A stretch of DNA of 63,978 nt, filler included, from Vannella sp. (taxonomy: Eukaryota), in assembly GCA_023345925.1 (NCBI GenBank). It is 8 parts of 8 records of this genome, joined end to end, with 100 filler letters (N's around TTAATTAATTAA, not from the genome) between each part and the next. Parts side by side here need not be neighbours in the genome. Positions count along the whole stretch, not along the records: positions 58,413 to 63,978 come from JAJQQN010000533.1; 7 more parts are not named here. One strand, given 5' to 3'. Under the pieces are notes generated by a model. The model was given only the letters and a program-made list of their open reading frames with translations. It had not been told where the DNA came from and ran no database searches. A program made the translations under genes and the position numbers. Below, piece by piece: positions 58,413 through 63,978 of the stretch. Position 1 is the first letter of the stretch; every line of letters begins with the position of its first letter.

Positions 58413-60664
58413 GGTCTCCAGATTTAGCAATCTCGATGGGCTGATCAGTTCAGATAACCCTCTGGAGATGGACTGGCTGCCAGAAGGAAAGAACGGAGAG
58501 ATGTTATCCGATGGACTGGGAATCAGAGTTGAAGTTGATGATCTACTCGGGGACCCCGCGTTGAGTTGTGTTGCCTCTGTGAAAGAAGAACTGGGAGATA
58601 CACTCAACAGCGGGGTTAAAAGCAATACTGGGCTAAGCGAATAAGAATTGGTCTTGGTAGAAGACGTTGTGAAAGATGAGAGCACTGAAATAGTAGGAGT
58701 GCTTGAGACAGTGGAGTGCGAGGACGTTGCGGATAACATGGAAGAAACAGAGACCGAATCAGTGCCAGTTCTGGAGATCGAAAGAGAAGGCGTTTGGCTT
58801 GCTGAAATGGAGACCGAATCAGTGCCAGTCATCAAAGTCAACGCATTGTCACTCAAAGAAGCTGAGTAAGAGCTTGTAACCGAAGCTGACGTAGAAGAAC
58901 TAAGATAGGCGGAGTCTGAATCAGAACTGGTCCTAGAATCAGTGCTTGTTTTCAAAGGAGAAGGAGATTCACTGGAAGAAGTAGTAAACGAAGCAGAGAC
59001 TGAATCTGAACTTGTCATCGAAACCGACGGCGAGTGACTAAATGAGGCGGAGACTGAATCTGAACTTGTCATCGAAACCGACGGCGAATGACTAAATGAG
59101 GTGGAGACTGAATCGGTGCTTGTTATCAACGGAGAAGGAGTTTCACTGGATGAAGAAGTAACTGAAGCTGAAGCAGAAGAAGAAGCAGAAGCAGAAGAAG
59201 AGAATGAGCTACAGGTAAAGAGTCTGTTGGACCGGATATTGGCTGGACTGGAACGCCTTCCCTCTTCCGCCTGTCGGATTCCGGACGAGAATCCATTCAC
59301 ACCAGGAAGTGCAGAATGTCTCGTATTAAACAAAGCTGCTCCACTGACAACGACCATTCCTCCGCCACCTCCGCCACCTCCTCCGGCATTCCCATAAGGA
59401 AAGGCTCCATCAGCCCCCAGAGCATTAGTTGACCAGTTCCTGAAAGCCGTCGAGCAATCACTATAAAGGAAAACAGTTCCACCTGCGCCTCCTATAGAAA
59501 GATTAGATTGGGGTGCTGATGGAAAACGTCCTCACCCCCTCCCCCTGCGACTGATAATCCTGTAGAATTCGCCAGCTGGATGGCTGGGAGGATGGTCGCG
59601 GAAGAAGTCACTGTCCGAACTTCTTCGTCTGGATCGCAAAAGAGGAAATGCACGTACAAGATCCCCCCTCCAGCTCCACCTGCAGAACCGTTTAGGTCGC
59701 TTGTAGCTCCTGATCCTCCTCCACCCCCTTCTCCCAGTTAATAAGTAAAGGGGTTCCAATGAATACACTGACCAAAGAACAGGCTTTCTTCCCGGAAGCG
59801 TGTCATCTCGCCTCCGAATCCTCCCAAACCTGATGTTGAGCCAAGACTCTGACCTTCACCGTCTCCTCCATTTCCACCGTTTGCTCCTCCTCCACCACCG
59901 CAAAGCACAGCATGGCCTCCACCGCCTGCATTTCCAGGTGCTCCAATAGAGGAATCCAACGCATCAGTGTAGGAGGAAGGAGGAAAAGGAGATCCCAGGA
60001 ATCCTTCTCCTTTGAAAGCGTCACTGCTGAGGTCATGGGCAGTTGCGTAGTTGCTCTCGTTGAATAGGGTTAAGTTACTTTGGCTGGGCCTACCTCCACG
60101 AAAGCCCATGCCGTCCATGGACACGTTAACGGCAAAATGGATGGTCTTGGCGATGATGGGGAGGACCCCGCCAGTCTGCCCATCCCACGGAACGGATGGA
60201 GACTCGTTCACTGTCATGTTCTCGCACGTGATGAAGGAGACCACTTGGAATCTGGCAGCCCCAGAGGAGGAGAAGTTGCTTTCGAGTGGCAGCTCTAACT
60301 CAAGAGTGGTCGTCCCGTCGCTTGCGCTGATAGTTGCATTGGCGATAAAACTGAACTCGTACACTCCGTATTGTCCCAGAGACTTGTATCCGTAGCCAGT
60401 GTTTGTACCAGAACCAAATGAAGCTGAGTTGCTCGAGTCGTACGTCCCATCTTGCATCTGAATGATCATTACAGCTGGCCAAGGAGGTATTTTTGTCCCA
60501 GACACAACCAGCGACCAAACAGAGGCGGAGATACCCGGAAAGAAGGCGACCCCACTCGCATTGAAGACACAGTTTCCTTGAATCGGAGGACAAGCAGCCT
60601 GTGCCGAGTTCACGAGGAACCAAAGAAACGCAATCCTCACGAAGAAGCGAACCCACTTCTCCAT
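58413..60664 (-). CDS. Secreted/surface protein: signal peptide, beta-rich domain, Gly-rich domain, Ser/Thr stalk (3' truncated), multi-exon
   Basis: MEKWVRFFVRIAFLWFLVNSAQA; PWDGQTGGVL...GMGFRGG...KGEG...GNAGGGG; three short introns join it to the Ser/Thr-rich ORF. Confidence 0.8.
58996..59113. repeat. 54-bp coding tandem repeat in the Ser/Thr stalk
   Basis: GAGACTGAATCTGAACTTGTCATCGAAACCGACGGCGA.TGACTAAATGAGG twice, plus a partial third unit. Confidence 0.9.
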
Positions 60665-60773
60665 CAGACCGGCCGCAAAGAAAGTGAAACAATCCCAACC
60701 GCAATTTGCCAAAAAAGGGAAATACCACAACTTTCCTTTATTGGGACTTTCTCCAGGTGCCTCCGTGTAAATG

Positions 60774-60935
60774 TGCTTCTAACTTGACTTGTATCAATGC
60801 GAATGGCGATTCTATATGTTTTTAAGAGGGCTTCTTTTCCATCGTTTGGGGGGATGGTCAAAAGAGCCCCGAAAGACCACAATCAAATCTCATAAATAGT
60901 TCATTGGTAAAGAAGAGGAACTTTTCAACCGTGGC
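60774..60935 (-). repeat. Dispersed intergenic cassette, copy 3 (upstream of the surface-protein gene)
   Basis: ATCAATGCGAATGGCGATTCTATATGTTTTTAAGAGGGC..CTTTTCCATC and CATAAATAGTTCATTGGTAA match copy 1. Confidence 0.88.
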
Positions 60936-60949
60936 ACCGGTCTGACGAG

Positions 60950-61023
60950 GAGAAAATCACGGGTGAAGGGGAAGAGTGGGCAGAACTCGTGTTTGCGTAG
61001 CTTGCCCTGATGACCTCCATCTC
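60950..61023 (+). repeat. Third copy of the ~75-bp module
   Basis: TTTGCGTAGCTTGCCCTGATGACCTCCATCT is identical to 44342-44372. Confidence 0.9.
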
Positions 61024-61202
61024 TGCAGTATAAGCTTTTGGACTGATTTCATTTCTTCACTTTTTGCTGCTCAAAATGCCCTCGCTCGCGACTTTTCTCG
61101 TGGTTGACTGGGTCCACGAACTCCAATTTTCAGCACGTTCGCGCTGCAAACAATAAATGAAATGGATTATTATCTCCAGAATTTGTTGGAGGGAAGCGGT
61201 TG

Positions 61203-63875
61203 ATGGAGGAGGTGGAGGAAGAACCCTCCGCCGTATTGGAGGTTGCTTCAGAGGAGAGGCTGGAGGAAGCAGAGGACTCAGCAATATTGGTGAAGACAGA
61301 GTGGAAGAGGAAGGGCGATCGCGTGAACTTCTTTACGAAGGAGGCAGCCAACACCGACTTCTTTGACCTTGTAGGTTCCCATCGAGCTTCTAGTACAGAC
61401 TAACAAGCCCTCCAAGCTAAAAGCACCAGCTGCATCTCTCAGAGATCGCACTGTGATCGACGGGTACCTCACAAAGCAAGGAGGAAAGGGTATCAAACAA
61501 AACTGGCGGCGCCGCTGGTTCGTACTCACCTACGACAAGTACTTGTACTACTACAAAGCACCCCAGGTTTGAAACTACTCTTTCCATCTGTGTGGGTGTT
61601 CACAGCGCTCAGGACGAACTCCCAACAGGCCTTATCTCCTTGGATGACTACGGAGCGGTTAGCCCTGACGAGGATGCCAAGAAGAAGTTCCGTTTCAGCA
61701 TCCACAACAACAACAAGAGTACTATTCGAGTGTTCCGCTTGATGGCAGAGGGACAGAAGGACTACCTGCAATGGATGTCGGCTATCGAGCAAGTTTTCAG
61801 GGTTTGTCTTGTCCTCTCAGTCTTCCAACGCCTTCTAATACGAGAATGGAAAGGCTCCTAAGTTGGACAATGCAAGGACCAAGATCGTGACCCGGGAACA
61901 CGTGGATGAGGACGTTATCCGCCGTTCTGCACGACTTTATGTGCGAGGTTCGTTCATTCTTGTGCGCTGGTGACTCTTCTCAATCTCTATGTAGTGGTTG
62001 AAGCTAGGAATCTTTCAAAGAAAGCAACAGGCACCAGTTGCTATTGTATTGTTGATCTTGCGGATCAACAAGTGCGCACACAAACTATTTGGAAAACCAG
62101 AGAGCCTATGTGGATGGAAGAGTTCTACTTGTACGTGATGCTATCTCCAAGAGAAACTATGCGTCTTACATTCAATGTAGACCAGCGTATGAGCCTGATA
62201 AGAGTGTGACGAAGATCACTTGCTGGCGGATGGAAAAAGGCGGCCGCGGGGATGTCATTGGCAAAGTAGAAGTTCCCCTCTCGACCTTGAAGGACCAAAA
62301 GCAACATGACCAATGGTATCCGCTTGCTGATGCTGACGCCAAGCAGTACATCGCCGGCGAGATTCACCTGAAAGTGGAGTACAAGCCTGACTCCCAACAC
62401 CTGTTGGTGCAGATCGTGGCTGCCAAGAACCTGGCACCCAAAGGATTGGGAGGGACGAGCAATCCTTACATCAGAATTAACATCGGGAAACGAAAGAAGA
62501 AGACCAGAACCGTTTACAAGACTCTGGCACCTTCTTTCAACGAAATTTTCGAGTTCAAGCTTCGTCCTGAAGACTCAAAAGAGCTTCAACTTGTAATGTG
62601 GCATCGGGAAACGCTTACTAGCTTCTTTATGGGAACAATCACTATCCCGTACACCACTCTGGACCCTAACGTGCTTTATGATGGCTGGTACATGGTTACT
62701 GCGAACCATGGTGAGGACAACACTGCTTCCGATGATGAAGACGAAACTGTTACGGAAACAACAGACACAATTGAACCTACCGTAGAAGAGATTCCTGAAT
62801 CGAGCGGATTAGGAGACATTCGCATCGTCCTTAAGTACACTGAAGAAACAGTTCTTCCTAACGTTGAATATGATGCGCTGTGGGCTCTGCTGCAAGAAGA
62901 GGATATGAGGATCATCCACGAACTGGGAAAGTTCACTTCCGAAAAGGAGGATGTAGGGCGTACTTTGGCACGCCTTTTCGAGTACAAGGGCAAAGCTAGT
63001 GACTTGATCATCAACATGACTTGCCGAGAAGTTGAGGCAACAAGCGATCCTGATGTGATCTTCCGCGCTAACTCACTTGCCACAAAGACCTTTGACTACT
63101 ACATGAAGCTGGTAGCTCTGCCATACCTCCAAGATACTCTTGGAGACTTAGTGAAGGAAATTTACGTTACCAAGAAGCCATACGAAGTTGACCCCACTCG
63201 CCTGGAAAAAACGGACGATCTCGCCAAGAACTTTAAGAACCTCAGGGACTTTGTTCAAGAATTTTGTGACGCCATTTATGAGTCTCTCGATCGATTGCCT
63301 CAGTAAGTGACGTGAATCAATTCCACCCTCTCGCTTACCATAATATTAGCAAACTGCGGCGTATCTGCTTTGCTCTTCAGCAGAAAGTAGTTAAAACCTA
63401 CCTCGAAGAGCAGATTGGGGTTGTCAAGTACACTGCAATTAGTGGTTTCCTATTCCTCCGATTCTTTTGCCCCGCAATTCTCGGTCCTAAGTTATTTGAT
63501 TTGATGAAAGAGCATCCAGAAATGAAGACTTCTCGCTGTCTCACTCTGATTGCAAAGAGCATCCAGAATCTGAGTAATCTTTGTGAGTTTGGCTACAAAG
63601 AGCCGTACATGGCCGACATGAATGCACTCATTGTGGAGAACATGGATCGGATGAAGACCTTCATTGACGCTTGTTCTACTCTCCCCGAGGCTCCTCGTCG
63701 AGAGGAAGCCCCTCCTATTCAGTATGGAGTAGAAATGGCAACCATTCATCGCCACTTGGTGAACAACATCCGCTCTCTGCGAGAAAGTAATTTGGAAGAT
63801 CCTCTGACCCGCCGCCTTGTTCTTGTCCTCCAGCGCCTCACCCTTGCCCGAGAACGCTACGAAATGCAAGCTTAA
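61203..63875 (+). CDS. PH-C2-C2-RasGAP protein, multi-exon
   Basis: DGYLTKQGG...NWRRRWFVL (PH), two C2 domains, IFRANSLATK arginine finger, FLFLRFFCPAI, IAKSIQNLSN. Start codon uncertain. Confidence 0.9.
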
Positions 63876-63978
63876 CTCACTCTCTCAGTGGAATAAAGTA
63901 GTTTGTGAAGATCAAGAAGGCCATTTGAAGAGCAGAGACCCAATCACTGATGAATGTACCAAGAGATGACTGGTGAAG

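Overview
Eukaryotic nuclear DNA, not prokaryotic. The window is eight unrelated contigs (1-6587, 6688-13490, 13591-25069, 25170-30345, 30446-35841, 35942-44663, 44764-58312, 58413-63978) joined by artificial 100-nt spacers (44N-TTAATTAATTAA-44N). The genome is very compact, uses the standard code and has short (about 45-60 nt) GT-AG introns. Gene content (Ank-LRR-Roc-COR-kinase Roco protein, PH-C2-C2-RasGAP, GH25-type lysozyme, RCC1 paralogues) suggests a free-living heterotrophic protist, probably an amoebozoan (inference). About 34 genes or gene fragments are recognisable, most of them housekeeping (NDR kinase, BMS1, RAD54B, ISCU, THOC2, PCCA, ABCD, flotillin and others). Most notable observations: (1) a ~200-bp dispersed intergenic cassette with CCAAT and TATA-like motifs on three different contigs, oriented toward the adjacent gene where one is visible, plus a second ~75-bp module attached in either orientation; (2) four short telomere-type tracts, all in 5' flanks of genes, one inside the cassette; (3) an intronless tandem acetoacetate decarboxylase with one catalytic and one degenerate domain and a mitochondrial-type presequence; (4) the 5' end of a half-tRNA-primed (Hemivirus-type) copia retrotransposon; (5) an AU-rich element cluster behind a TTP-like zinc-finger gene; (6) several apparent pseudoenzymes and pseudogenes. 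All exon boundaries and family calls were made by eye; no database searches were run.
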